This document shows positions 38,123 to 48,188 of a DNA stretch of 64,000 nt, in pieces (position 1 is the stretch's first letter; every line of letters begins with the position of its first letter). Below the pieces are notes generated by a model, which had not been told where the DNA came from, searched no databases, and saw only the letters and a list, made by a program, of their open reading frames with translations. Position numbers and translations under genes: made by a program. This stretch comes from Clostridiaceae bacterium (GTDB lineage Bacteria > Bacillota > Clostridia > Saccharofermentanales > DTU023), in the NCBI GenBank assembly GCA_012522435.1, contig JAAYKK010000055.1, positions 2,327-66,326 on the forward strand. The letters are read 5' to 3'.

Positions 38123-39188
38123 TATAATTAATTCCAGAGCAAAGAGAAATAGATTTAAGAAATTTTCAATTACCTTGATTCTGATCTTGATTACTGCATT
38201 AATGGCTACAAGCTGTAGCGGTTCAAAATCTGATATGGTAGAAGCACCGGGTGATGTGGACTATCAATATGATTATAAAGAAGAATCGGCTTCAGATGAT
38301 TATGATGGTTCTGAGGCATATGATTCTACTGAGACAACTAAAAGTGCTGATGAGACTTCAACCTCGCAAAGAAAATTAATCAAAAATGGAAGCATTGAGA
38401 TTCGTTCCAATGATGTAGAAGCCAGCTATGAAAATGTGCTTAAACTTGTGGAAAAGCATGCCGGATTCAATACTAATTTAAATCGCAGTGAAACTGATGC
38501 CAGACTCAATATTTATGCAGAATTTGGGATTCCTGCTGATAAATTAGATCAATTCATCGAAGAGGTTAATCAAGCGGAAACTGTTGATTACGTCAATATT
38601 TCTGCGGAGGACATTACAGATGTATATTACGATGCAACGATCCGTCTTGAAACATCAGAAAAATCTTTAGAAAAATATTATGAATTCTTAGCCGATGCGA
38701 AAAAAATTGAAGACATGATTCATATTCAAGGAGAAATTGATCGCATAACTGAAGATATTGAATTGCTCAAAGGTTCACTTAAGAGATGGGATTCACAAGT
38801 TGATTATTCATATATTTCAATAGAATTTCTCCAAAAACAGGCTCCTGTATCCGGGAGAAGAGAAGTTGAGTTCAGCTCAATGTCTTGGGATGATTTTAAA
38901 TATTGGGTAAATAGTGGTTGGAATTCAATCTTGAGTTCAATGGTTTCCGCCCTTCAATGGTTGGCAATCGCTATCTTAGTCTCATTGCCGGTAATAATAC
39001 CTATTTTATTAATTGTGCTCTTGATAGTTTTTATTTACAAAAGACGAAAAAAATCTCGCTTAAAGAAAGAACAAGAACAAGGTATAATAGCAAGTAATGA
39101 AGGTGTTGATCCAGGTCAAATGACTTATTCCGACATGTATCAAGATCAGAATATCAATCAAAAGACAAATCAAAACAATCAACAATAA
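38106..39188 (+). CDS. DUF4349-like lipoprotein with a C-terminal TM anchor
   Basis: Lipobox LMATSC, a central coiled-coil region, a C-terminal TM helix and a basic stop-transfer segment. Overlaps the ntpD end by 17 nt behind a GGAGGA SD. Confidence 0.65.
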   Translation: MKKCPNIINSRAKRNRFKKFSITLILILITALMATSCSGSKSDMVEAPGDVDYQYDYKEESASDDYDGSEAYDSTETTKSADETSTSQRKLIKNGSIEIRSNDVEASYENVLKLVEKHAGFNTNLNRSETDARLNIYAEFGIPADKLDQFIEEVNQAETVDYVNISAEDITDVYYDATIRLETSEKSLEKYYEFLADAKKIEDMIHIQGEIDRITEDIELLKGSLKRWDSQVDYSYISIEFLQKQAPVSGRREVEFSSMSWDDFKYWVNSGWNSILSSMVSALQWLAIAILVSLPVIIPILLIVLLIVFIYKRRKKSRLKKEQEQGIIASNEGVDPGQMTYSDMYQDQNINQKTNQNNQQ

Positions 39189-39201
39189 TAAGGTGGTAAC
39201 A

Positions 39202-40284
39202 ATGCTAGGCAAGGGATATATTAGGTCTTTACCGTGTATCACAATTGATAGTAAAAAACTAAAATATAATCTTGAAGAAATTCAATCTTTATTAACTGAA
39301 CATAATCTCAAAGCACATTATGCCACTCAAGGCATATGTGCTTTTGAGCCTTTAATCAAGCTGATGGCCGAGACCGGTGTAAGAAACTTTGCAGATTCAC
39401 GTTTAAAAAACTTACTTAAAGTTAAGCCATATGCAGAGTCTACACTTCTAACCAGAGTGCCGATGATTTCTGAAGCAAGAGGAATTGTAAATAAAGTAGA
39501 TATCTCTCTTAATTCTGAGTTAGAAACAATTTTTGCACTTTCTGATGCAGCCGTGGTTGAGAATAAAACGCATGGTGTAATTCTTCAGGTTGAGTTAGGA
39601 GACTTAGGGGCAGGAATTTTGCCGGAAGATTTGTTAGCTACGGTTCATCAGATTCTAAATTTGCGAGGTGTTAAATTGGTAGGTATTAGCATAAGCTTAA
39701 ATACTTTTGCCGGAGTGATCACCACGCTTGAGAAAATTCAGGAATTTAGAGAACTGATAAAACATGTTGAAGCAAGATTTGGGATTGAATTAGAATTTGT
39801 TACCGGAGGAAATTCAGGAACTATTGGTTTATTGGATTCTGAGGAATTTCCTTTAGAGATAAATCATTTAATCCTTAGTGAAGCCTGGCTCTTTGGTCGT
39901 GAGACTTCATACGGACATAGAATCGGTAATTTACACCAAGATATTTTTGAGCTAAGTGGAGAGATTATAGAGAATCAGCGCAAACCTTCAATGCCTGATG
40001 GAGAAATAGGAACAAATTATAAAGGGGAAAAGTTAGAATTTACGGATCATGGACTGATCAGAAGAATAATTTTAGCACTTGGAGCCCAAGATATTGATTT
40101 TTCCGGTATAAAACCGCAGGAAAAGGGTATTGAATATATCGAGTCTACACTTGATTATTCAGTTTTCGATATAACAAAATATAATCGCGATCTGGAGATT
40201 GGAGATCAAGTTGATTTTTCTTTAAATTATTCCGCTTTAAATCGAGCCTTTACTTCTGAATATGTGAATAAGGTTTTAATTTAA
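39202..40284 (+). CDS. PLP-dependent amino-acid racemase, alanine/ornithine racemase (YhfX-like) family
   Basis: ~360-aa TIM-barrel plus beta-domain layout of the Ala_racemase_N family, recognised by eye. ATG at 39202 behind AAGGTGG. Confidence 0.6.
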   Translation: MLGKGYIRSLPCITIDSKKLKYNLEEIQSLLTEHNLKAHYATQGICAFEPLIKLMAETGVRNFADSRLKNLLKVKPYAESTLLTRVPMISEARGIVNKVDISLNSELETIFALSDAAVVENKTHGVILQVELGDLGAGILPEDLLATVHQILNLRGVKLVGISISLNTFAGVITTLEKIQEFRELIKHVEARFGIELEFVTGGNSGTIGLLDSEEFPLEINHLILSEAWLFGRETSYGHRIGNLHQDIFELSGEIIENQRKPSMPDGEIGTNYKGEKLEFTDHGLIRRIILALGAQDIDFSGIKPQEKGIEYIESTLDYSVFDITKYNRDLEIGDQVDFSLNYSALNRAFTSEYVNKVLI

Positions 40285-41468
40285 TGAAGAACCACCATTC
40301 GGATATTAATACCGTACGTACTTGGTGTGAGCTCTCGCAATCAGCTCTCGAACATAACATTAGACAGATCAATCAAGCATTGTCTCATGGAACAGAGATG
40401 ATGGCTATTGTAAAAGCTAACGCGTACGGACACGGAGCAACTTGGGTAGCAGAGCAAGCCTTGGCTGCCGGTTGCAAATATTTGGCTGTAGCTACTCTTG
40501 AAGAAGCAATTCAGTTACGTCAAGCAAGGATAGCAGCTCCTATCTTGCTGTTATGCCCTTATCATCAAGGCTTTGCTAAATATTTAATCGAACATAAAAT
40601 CACTCAAACCATAGCTTCAGATTATGATGCAGCTATTTTGGCGCAAGATCTTGCTAAGCTGACCAAATCACTGTCTGATGAAATTGAGTCTGACTTGCTG
40701 AAAGTTCATCTTAAAATTGATACAGGGATGAACCGAATTGGATTTGGCTGTAGAGCAGACACCTCTGTGGCAACAGTTAATTCTATTGTTAAAATATTTG
40801 ATAATCCTAATTGGGATGTAGAAGGAATTTTTACACATTTTTCCGTTGCTGATGAACCTGAAAAAGATTTTACTATGACACAGTTTAAGCGTTTTTTTAA
40901 TATGATTGAACAGCTTAAAGAAAAAAACATTACTTTCAGAATAAAACATTGTTCGAATAGTTCAGCGGCTATTTTCTTTCCTGAGTTAGCTCTGGATTTT
41001 GTTCGTCTTGGTATATCAATCTATGGTTGGTGTCCCAATTCAGAAATAAAAGATAAGCTGAAATTAAAACCGGTTATGAGCATGTTTTCTAGAGTTTCAT
41101 CTATGCATAAAACAAGTGCAAATGATCCGGTAGGTTATGGCATGACCTATACAACAGATAAAGAAACAGTGATTGGAACAATTGAAGCAGGATATGCAGA
41201 TGGCATAAACAGACATCTCTCTAATCAAGGAACATTTCTGGTCAATGGGCTTGAGGTTCCGGTAATCGGAAGAGTATGTATGGATCGCACGATGCTAGAT
41301 TTAACAGATGTACCTGACGTGAAGGTGGGGGATCCTGTTTTGATCTTTGGTAACGATAAGCAAGGGAACTATCGAGATCTGGATGATTTAGCAGAACAGG
41401 CAGGTACAATTTCCTATGAAATTCTATGTGGTATTTCTGAAAGAGTACCCAAGATTAAGATCGATTGA
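40284..41468 (+). CDS. alr: Alanine racemase
   Basis: PLP-lysine motif AIVKANAYGHG and C-terminal GRVCMD. Confidence 0.93.
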   Translation: MKNHHSDINTVRTWCELSQSALEHNIRQINQALSHGTEMMAIVKANAYGHGATWVAEQALAAGCKYLAVATLEEAIQLRQARIAAPILLLCPYHQGFAKYLIEHKITQTIASDYDAAILAQDLAKLTKSLSDEIESDLLKVHLKIDTGMNRIGFGCRADTSVATVNSIVKIFDNPNWDVEGIFTHFSVADEPEKDFTMTQFKRFFNMIEQLKEKNITFRIKHCSNSSAAIFFPELALDFVRLGISIYGWCPNSEIKDKLKLKPVMSMFSRVSSMHKTSANDPVGYGMTYTTDKETVIGTIEAGYADGINRHLSNQGTFLVNGLEVPVIGRVCMDRTMLDLTDVPDVKVGDPVLIFGNDKQGNYRDLDDLAEQAGTISYEILCGISERVPKIKID

Positions 41469-41493
41469 ATTCAATCAAACATATTAGATAAAA

Positions 41494-41802
41494 ATGGAGA
41501 AAAAAATGGTAGAAAATATTTTACAAAATTTATTTAAAATGGTAGCTGATCGCCGCGATAACCCTATTGTTGCATCTTATACAAATTATTTGCAGGATAA
41601 AGGTGATGATTATATTGCTCGAAAAGTAGGAGAAGAAACTATCGAATTGGTCTTAGCTCTTAAAGATAAAGATAAAGCAGGAGTTATACATGAAACTGCA
41701 GATATTCTTTATCATTTAACGGTAGCAATTGAAAGTTTAGGAATTACTTGGAATGATGTTGCGGCTGAATTAGAAGCCAGACGACTGGATGGTTTTCACT
41801 AA
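41494..41802 (+). CDS. hisE: Phosphoribosyl-ATP pyrophosphatase-like (HisE/MazG-type) protein
   Basis: 102 aa. EETIELVLA...ETADILYHL all-alpha NTP-PPase motif. No other his genes are nearby. Confidence 0.75.
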   Translation: MEKKMVENILQNLFKMVADRRDNPIVASYTNYLQDKGDDYIARKVGEETIELVLALKDKDKAGVIHETADILYHLTVAIESLGITWNDVAAELEARRLDGFH

Positions 41803-41864
41803 AAATTCTATAACTAGTCATCAGAGATCAATTAATTAGTCTTGTCTAATTTTTAGATATTTTC

Positions 41865-41893
41865 TTGAACACGAATATTTTGTTTGGTAGAAT
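41865..41893 (+). promoter_or_regulatory. Sigma-A promoter of the ferredoxin gene
   Basis: TTGAAC (41865-70), 17-nt spacer, TAGAAT (41888-93) with an upstream TG (extended -10). Confidence 0.7.
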
Positions 41894-41925
41894 ATAATCG
41901 TGTTTAGAGTAAGGAGGATAACTAT

Positions 41926-42096
41926 ATGGCTCATGTAATTTCAGATGCTTGCATCATGTGTGGTGCTTGTGTAGATGAATGTCCGGTATCATGCATTTCA
42001 GCAGGAGATTCTCAATACGAAATTGATGCTGATCTTTGCATTGACTGTGGCGCTTGTGCTGCGGTTTGCCCGGTTGGCGCTATTGACGAAGAATAA
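41926..42096 (+). CDS. fdx: Clostridial-type 2x[4Fe-4S] ferredoxin (56 aa, absent from the ORF track)
   Basis: Hand translation gives MAHVISDACIMCGACVDECPVSCISAGDSQYEIDADLCIDCGACAAVCPVGAIDEE. Two CxxCxxCxxxCP motifs. AAGGAGG SD. Confidence 0.92.
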   Translation: MAHVISDACIMCGACVDECPVSCISAGDSQYEIDADLCIDCGACAAVCPVGAIDEE

Positions 42097-42126
42097 TTTT
42101 TATTATTAAGTTATAATATTTTGGTT

Positions 42127-42156
42127 AAAAAGAGAGAATTGAGATTCTCTCTTTTT
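42127..42156 (+). terminator. Intrinsic terminator after the ferredoxin gene
   Basis: AGAGAGAAT-tgag-ATTCTCTCTTTTT. Confidence 0.85.
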
Positions 42157-42183
42157 ACATTTAATTTATTTAGTTGAGGGAAA

Positions 42184-43056
42184 ATGTTGAGAGGGAAATT
42201 GTATTTAGTGCCGGTTCCGATCGGAAATCTAAAAGATATTACTTTACGGGCTCTCGAGGTTCTGAAACAAGTTGACCGAATCTTAGCTGAGGATACCCGT
42301 ACTTCGGGTATTCTACTTGCCGAATATGAGATAGATACTCCCTTAATCAGTTACCATCAACATAATGAACAAAGTCGCGTCGAAAAAGTATTATCTATTT
42401 TAGAAGCAAATCAGAATGTTGCTTTAATTACGGATGCCGGTATGCCTTGTATCTCAGATCCGGGATCTATCATAGTAGAAAAATTAATTGTTGAAGGATT
42501 TGAAGTAATAGCTTTGCCCGGAGCAAATGCAGCAATAACCTGTCTTGCAGCTTCAGGTCTTAACACGGATCAATACACTTATTTAGGATTTTTACCGCTT
42601 AAAGGTAAGTCAAGGGCAGATCAGCTTGCTCACCTTTCTCGAATTGAACATACAGTTATTATTTATGAAGCACCCCACCGTATCTTAAAGACCTTAGCTG
42701 ATTTAATTGAGCTTGATTTAGGAGAGCGAAAACTTACAGTTGGTCGTGAGTTGACCAAAAGATATGAGACATATTTAAGAACAACAGTCAAAGGTGCTTA
42801 TGATTATTATCAAGAGGAGAAACCCAGAGGTGAGTTTGTCTTAATTCTGGAAGGTTTGTCCGATTTTAAACTCAGAAATCCTGAACTGGAAACTGAAGAC
42901 TTTTTAACTCAAGAAAAAAATGCCATTAATGACTTGAATAAGTTAATTCAGGGCGGTATGCATACCAAATCCGCAGCCAACTTTATCGCTGAAAAATATC
43001 AAATGAACAAAAACAAGTTATATCGAAAAGCGCTGGAAATTCACGAAGAAACCTAA
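42184..43056 (+). CDS. rsmI: 16S rRNA (cytidine1402-2'-O)-methyltransferase RsmI
   Basis: LYLVPVPIGNLKDITLRALEVL, DAGMPCISDPG and YEAPHR motifs. Confidence 0.92.
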   Translation: MLRGKLYLVPVPIGNLKDITLRALEVLKQVDRILAEDTRTSGILLAEYEIDTPLISYHQHNEQSRVEKVLSILEANQNVALITDAGMPCISDPGSIIVEKLIVEGFEVIALPGANAAITCLAASGLNTDQYTYLGFLPLKGKSRADQLAHLSRIEHTVIIYEAPHRILKTLADLIELDLGERKLTVGRELTKRYETYLRTTVKGAYDYYQEEKPRGEFVLILEGLSDFKLRNPELETEDFLTQEKNAINDLNKLIQGGMHTKSAANFIAEKYQMNKNKLYRKALEIHEET

Positions 43057-43125
43057 ATATGTTAACATAAGAGACGGTGATCTCAGTATCACTTTTTCTT
43101 ATCAGATACATTTAAAGGGGGATTT

Positions 43126-44325
43126 ATGTCCAGATTATTATTAATTGGTGCCGGCGGAGTTGCCAGAGTTGCTGCTTACAAATGTGTGCAGAATTCAGAT
43201 GTATTCCAAGAAATGTGCATAGCAAGCCGTACCATCGAAAAATGTGAAGAATTAAAAGCCGAGCTGGATGGTAAAGGAACAGATATCAGCACTGCGCAAG
43301 TTGATGCAGATGATGTTGATCAATTAGTGGAATTGATCAATGATTACAAACCTGATTTAGTGTTGCATTTAGCTTTACCATATCAAAACTTATCTATTAT
43401 GGATGCTTGTCTGGCAACCGGAACAGATTATATCGACACTGCTAATTATGAACCACGCGATACAGCCAAGTTTGAATATAAGTGGCAATGGGCTTACCAT
43501 GATCGTTTCAAAGATGCAGGTATAACTGCTATTTTAGGTAGCGGATTTGATCCGGGAGTAACCGGTGTTTTTTCTGCTTATGCTGCGAAACATCACTTTG
43601 ATGAAATTAATTATATCGATATTTTAGATTGCAACGGTGGTGACCACGGTTACCCGTTTGCTACAAATTTTAATCCCGAGATAAATATTCGTGAAGTTTC
43701 TGCTAAAGGCAGATATTGGGAAAATGGCAAATTCATTGAAACAGAGCCAATGGAAATCAAACGCATTTACGATTTTGAAGAAGTTGGTCAAAGAGATATG
43801 TATTTGCTCTACCATGAAGAGCTTGAATCTTTAGCAAAATTTATGCCGGGAATTCAAAGAATTCGTTTCTTTATGACTTTTGGTGAAAGCTATTTAACAC
43901 ATCTTAAATGTTTGGAAAATGTAGGAATGACATCGATTGAACCAATCGAATTTGAAGGTGAGCAAATTGTACCCTTGCAATTTTTGAAAGCGGTATTACC
44001 GGATCCTTCCAGCCTTGGCCCGCGTACAGTCGGTAAAACCAATATAGGAGTCATTTTCCAAGGTGTAAAAGACGGCCAAGAAAAAGTATATCGATTGTAT
44101 AATATTTGTGATCACCAGACAGCATATAAAGAAACCGGTGCTCAGGCAGTTTCATATACAACCGGTGTTCCCGCTATGATCGGTTCTAAAATGATTCTAC
44201 AAGGTCTCTGGAAAAAACCGGGTGTATTTAATGTAGAACAGATGGATCCGGATCCGTTTATGCATGATCTGAACAAGAACGGTTTACCCTGGATTGAAGA
44301 TTTTGAACCGGTATTAGTGGATTAA
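43126..44325 (+). CDS. Carboxy(nor)spermidine dehydrogenase (saccharopine dehydrogenase family)
   Basis: 399 aa. N-terminal Rossmann LLIGAGGVARV. Paired with the decarboxylase gene downstream. Confidence 0.85.
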   Translation: MSRLLLIGAGGVARVAAYKCVQNSDVFQEMCIASRTIEKCEELKAELDGKGTDISTAQVDADDVDQLVELINDYKPDLVLHLALPYQNLSIMDACLATGTDYIDTANYEPRDTAKFEYKWQWAYHDRFKDAGITAILGSGFDPGVTGVFSAYAAKHHFDEINYIDILDCNGGDHGYPFATNFNPEINIREVSAKGRYWENGKFIETEPMEIKRIYDFEEVGQRDMYLLYHEELESLAKFMPGIQRIRFFMTFGESYLTHLKCLENVGMTSIEPIEFEGEQIVPLQFLKAVLPDPSSLGPRTVGKTNIGVIFQGVKDGQEKVYRLYNICDHQTAYKETGAQAVSYTTGVPAMIGSKMILQGLWKKPGVFNVEQMDPDPFMHDLNKNGLPWIEDFEPVLVD

Positions 44326-44335
44326 ATAGAATAGG

Positions 44336-44366
44336 ACTCTCAATTATTTTCCAGATAATTGAGAGT
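44336..44366 (+). other. Perfect 12-bp intercistronic stem-loop between the two polyamine genes
   Basis: ACTCTCAATTAT-tttccag-ATAATTGAGAGT. No U-tract follows it. Confidence 0.6.
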
Positions 44367-44392
44367 AACCTTTAAAATATCGATGAGGTTTT

Positions 44393-45685
44393 ATGTCAAA
44401 GATACCGAATCCACAAGAGTTATTATCTCAGCAAACTCGTACTTCAATTATTGAGCCCGCTTTTCATCAGATTCAAACTCCTGCCTACGTGTTTGATTTG
44501 AAGTTGCTGGAAGATAATTTAAACTATTTGAAGTTGTTAGCTGAGAGTTTACAAATAAAAATTATTTTTGCTCAAAAATCATATTCATTTTACTCAACTT
44601 ATCCTTTAATCAGTTCTTATTTAAGGGGCAGCACATCAAGTGGCCTGCATGAAGCGTTATTAGCAAAAGAAGAATTTTCCGGTGAAATACATGTTTATTC
44701 TGCAGCCTATAAAAAAGATGAAATAGAAGAATTGCTTGAGTTTGTTGATTTCATTTATTTTAATTCTTTTGAGCAATGGCAAAAATATAAATCTTTAATT
44801 TCTGCAGTCGAAAATAATGGCAGGAAAATTGAAGTTGGTTTACGAATTAATCCGGGATATTCTGAAACGGAACATGATATTTACAATCCGGCTGGTAAAT
44901 TTTCCCGTTTGGGGATTACTGCTGAAGCTTTTCATCAAGGCGTCAATAGTTATGGCTTGGATGGTATCTCAGGTTTGCATTTTCATGCTCTTTGTCAAGA
45001 GAATTCTGCTTCTTTGGCAAAAGTATTAAATTCATTTGAAGAAAAATTCGGTTCTTATCTGAAACAAATGCAATGGTTTAATTTTGGCGGTGGTCATCAC
45101 CTAACTAGAGCAGATTATAATGTAGGTCAATTGACTGATCTGATTCAAGATTTCAGAAATAGATATCCGACTCAAACTATCTATTTAGAGCCGGGTGAAG
45201 CAATTTCTTTAGATAGTGGATTCTTGGTTAGCGAAGTTTTAGATATAGTAGAAAATGAAATAGAAATAGCGATTCTGGATACTTCAGCGACCTGTCACAT
45301 GCCTGACGTTATTGAAATGCCCTATACCCCAAGAGTTTTTCTTTTAGATGAGGCGTATGTACAAGGAGATTACTATCTAGAGGCGGAGATCATTTCGAAT
45401 GAACAATTATTGGATAAGAACAAAAATATTTATCGCTTAGGCGGACCGACTTGTCTTGCAGGAGATATTATTGGTAATTATAGTTTCCCTCGCAAGCTTA
45501 GAAGAGGAGACAGATTGGTTTTTTGTGATATGGCTCTTTATGCTCACGTAAAAACAAATACCTTCAATGGGATGCCTTTGCCAGATTTAGTTGTTCTTGC
45601 AAAAGATGGCAACCATAAATTGAAGCGTAAATCTTCCTATTTTGATTTCAAAAACAGGCTAGGCCCTTATGATGTAATTACATGA
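44393..45685 (+). CDS. nspC: Carboxy(nor)spermidine decarboxylase
   Basis: 430 aa. Orn/DAP/Arg decarboxylase-fold pattern (GLHFHALCQ, NFGGGHH, EPGEAI). Confidence 0.85.
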   Translation: MSKIPNPQELLSQQTRTSIIEPAFHQIQTPAYVFDLKLLEDNLNYLKLLAESLQIKIIFAQKSYSFYSTYPLISSYLRGSTSSGLHEALLAKEEFSGEIHVYSAAYKKDEIEELLEFVDFIYFNSFEQWQKYKSLISAVENNGRKIEVGLRINPGYSETEHDIYNPAGKFSRLGITAEAFHQGVNSYGLDGISGLHFHALCQENSASLAKVLNSFEEKFGSYLKQMQWFNFGGGHHLTRADYNVGQLTDLIQDFRNRYPTQTIYLEPGEAISLDSGFLVSEVLDIVENEIEIAILDTSATCHMPDVIEMPYTPRVFLLDEAYVQGDYYLEAEIISNEQLLDKNKNIYRLGGPTCLAGDIIGNYSFPRKLRRGDRLVFCDMALYAHVKTNTFNGMPLPDLVVLAKDGNHKLKRKSSYFDFKNRLGPYDVIT

Positions 45686-45866
45686 TTTAAATAAGATAAA
45701 AAACTTATAGCAAGAACAATTTTACAATTATAAAATCGAAGATTGATCATTCATTAAGAAAATGTATGCGATTGTTTAAGTGTAGTATAATATTAGCTAA
45801 ATAATATTTCTTTTTAATACTAGCGTGCTGCAAATGGAAAATTTAACTGACTTAGGAGAGTATCAC

Positions 45867-47645
45867 ATGAGAAAAACAAAAATAATCTGTACGATCGGTC
45901 CAGCCAGTTCTGATGAAGAAACATTAAGACAATTGATGCTAAGCGGAATGAATGTAGCAAGACTTAACTTTTCACATGGTACACATGAAGAACATTTAGA
46001 AGTTGTCAACAGAATAAAAAAACTGCGGGAAGAATTGGGTTTAGCTGTCGGACTCTTAATGGATACTAAAGGTCCGGAAATTCGCACGCATAAATTCGAG
46101 AATGATGCTATCGAGCTTGTAACCGGTGAAGAAGTAAGAATTGTCCAAGAAGATGTCCTGGGTAATTCTGAACGTTTCAGCATCACTTATAAAGAAATAA
46201 GTAAAGATTTATCTGAAGGTTCAAGAATACTAATTGATGACGGCTTAATATCTCTCAGGGTCAAAAGTTTTGAAGGAGGAGATTTAATATGCGAAGTTAC
46301 CAATGGCGGGGTGCTCTCCAACAATAAGAGTATTAATTTGCCCGGTGTCTCCCTCAAATTACCTTCGATCACAGATCAGGATGAAAAGGATATTAAGTTT
46401 GCCGTTGAGAATCAATTTGACTTTATTGCAGCTTCATTCGTGAGAAAGGCTGCGGATGTTGGCGAGATAAAGCGTGTTTTGAAAAGAGAAAATTGCAGAA
46501 CAATTGATATCATCGCCAAGATCGAAAACCAAGAAGGTGTTAATAATTTCCAAAAAATTATTGACGTATCCGAAGGTGTGATGGTTGCAAGAGGGGACTT
46601 AGGCGTTGAAATTCCGGAATATGAGGTTCCCACGATTCAAAAACAATTGATTCAGTTGGCATATCAAAATGGAAAAGTAAGTATTACGGCTACTGAGATG
46701 CTTGATTCAATGATTAGAAATCCCAGACCAACCAGAGCGGAGGTCAGTGATGTTGCCAATGCCGTCTTGGACGGAACTTCAGCAATAATGCTTTCGGGTG
46801 AAACAGCAATGGGAAAATACCCTGTTCAGTCTTTGCGCACGATGGCAAATATTGCTTCACATACCGAACAAAAATATGATTATTGGGAAGCATTTAAAAA
46901 AATTGATACCGATGTTTCAGTTAATGTAGCCGATGCAGTTAGTCATGCTTGTTGTTCTGCAGCTTATGAACTTGATGCAAAAGTAATTGTTGCGATTACT
47001 CATTCAGGCAGAACAGCCAGATTCGTTTCTCGTTTCAGACCAGGTTGTCCCATTTTAGCACCTACTGTTTCAGCTTCTGCAGTTTACCGTTTGGCATTAT
47101 CTTGGGGAGTAATTCCTTATTTAATTGATGAACTTGGTAATACGGATGAATTGTTTGCTATTTCGGAAGAATTGGCAAAATCCAAAGGTCATGCTCAGGA
47201 TGCAGATACAATTGTCATTTCTTGTGGAACTCCTGTTGGCATGAGTGGCACAACTAATACGATGAAGGTAGCAACAGTCGGTTCAGCCTTCACCAGAGGA
47301 AAAGGGCTTAATCCTGCTAATGCCGGAAGTGAAAAGATCTCCGGCGATGTATTAAATCTTGGTTTATATACCAGTCAGGAAATAGAGAAATTGTTAAATG
47401 AACCTGATGAATTTGGCCTGAAACAAGCCACTGTTTTAGTCTGTGAAAGTACCAATCCCAGTCTTTTACCTTTGATCAGACAATCTAAGGCTGTTGTTGT
47501 AGAAGATCCTGATGACGAAGGTCATGCAGTAATGGTATGTCAGGCTTTACAAATCCCCTTAATCTATGACGCTGAAAATGCGACCAAACTTTTGAAAAAT
47601 GGTCAGGTTGTTGTTTTAGATATTTCATCGGGTTTGATTGGTTAA
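45867..47645 (+). CDS. pyk: Pyruvate kinase with a C-terminal PEP-utiliser mobile-domain extension
   Basis: MRKTKIICTIGP, NFSHG and MVARGDLGVEIP motifs. The C-terminal ~110 aa resemble the swivelling phospho-His domain. ATG at 45867 behind AGGAGAG. Confidence 0.95.
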   Translation: MRKTKIICTIGPASSDEETLRQLMLSGMNVARLNFSHGTHEEHLEVVNRIKKLREELGLAVGLLMDTKGPEIRTHKFENDAIELVTGEEVRIVQEDVLGNSERFSITYKEISKDLSEGSRILIDDGLISLRVKSFEGGDLICEVTNGGVLSNNKSINLPGVSLKLPSITDQDEKDIKFAVENQFDFIAASFVRKAADVGEIKRVLKRENCRTIDIIAKIENQEGVNNFQKIIDVSEGVMVARGDLGVEIPEYEVPTIQKQLIQLAYQNGKVSITATEMLDSMIRNPRPTRAEVSDVANAVLDGTSAIMLSGETAMGKYPVQSLRTMANIASHTEQKYDYWEAFKKIDTDVSVNVADAVSHACCSAAYELDAKVIVAITHSGRTARFVSRFRPGCPILAPTVSASAVYRLALSWGVIPYLIDELGNTDELFAISEELAKSKGHAQDADTIVISCGTPVGMSGTTNTMKVATVGSAFTRGKGLNPANAGSEKISGDVLNLGLYTSQEIEKLLNEPDEFGLKQATVLVCESTNPSLLPLIRQSKAVVVEDPDDEGHAVMVCQALQIPLIYDAENATKLLKNGQVVVLDISSGLIG

Positions 47646-47719
47646 TTTATAGTTGCTCAATTGGAATAACATAGTCAATATGACATAATAAATAGAATAC
47701 AATTACAGGAGTGGTAATA

Positions 47720-48163
47720 ATGAAAATATATATTGGTGCAGATCAAGGTGGAATAGACTTGAAGAATGAGATAGTAGCACATTTAAAAGAAAATAATTAT
47801 GACGTTCAAGATTTAGGCATCCATGACCATACAAGCATTGATTATCCTGAAAAAGCTGTTGAAGTTTGTGAAGCGGTTTTAAATAGTGATTCTGAAGATG
47901 CCAGAGGAATTATTATCTGTGGCACCGGGATTGGAGTTTCAATCGCTGCCAACAAGGTAAAGGGAATTAGAGCTGCCTTGTTAGCGGATGGATTTTCTGC
48001 TAAAATGGCGCGTCAACATAACAATGCCAATGTAATAACTTTAGGTGGTCGCACAACGGGAGTTGAATTAGCGATTGATATAGTTGAGAATTATTTAAAC
48101 TCAGAATTCGAAGGCGGACGTCATGGACGACGCGTAGATAAATTAGATTGCATAATGGAGTAA
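47720..48163 (+). CDS. rpiB: Ribose-5-phosphate isomerase B
   Basis: [11 protein letters not shown] and [14 protein letters not shown] motifs. ATG at 47720 behind AGGAG. Confidence 0.92.
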   Translation: MKIYIGADQGGIDLKNEIVAHLKENNYDVQDLGIHDHTSIDYPEKAVEVCEAVLNSDSEDARGIIICGTGIGVSIAANKVKGIRAALLADGFSAKMARQHNNANVITLGGRTTGVELAIDIVENYLNSEFEGGRHGRRVDKLDCIME

Positions 48164-48188
48164 CTCTCCCAAATTACAGGAAAACTTA

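Noticed and set aside
43077-43097. Weak hairpin GTGAT-ctcagt-ATCAC plus TTTTT after rsmI, and a similar 5-bp AT-rich stem after hisE (~41835-41855), as terminators.
   Set aside because: The stems are only 5 bp and AT-rich, so I cannot support them as functional terminators from sequence alone.
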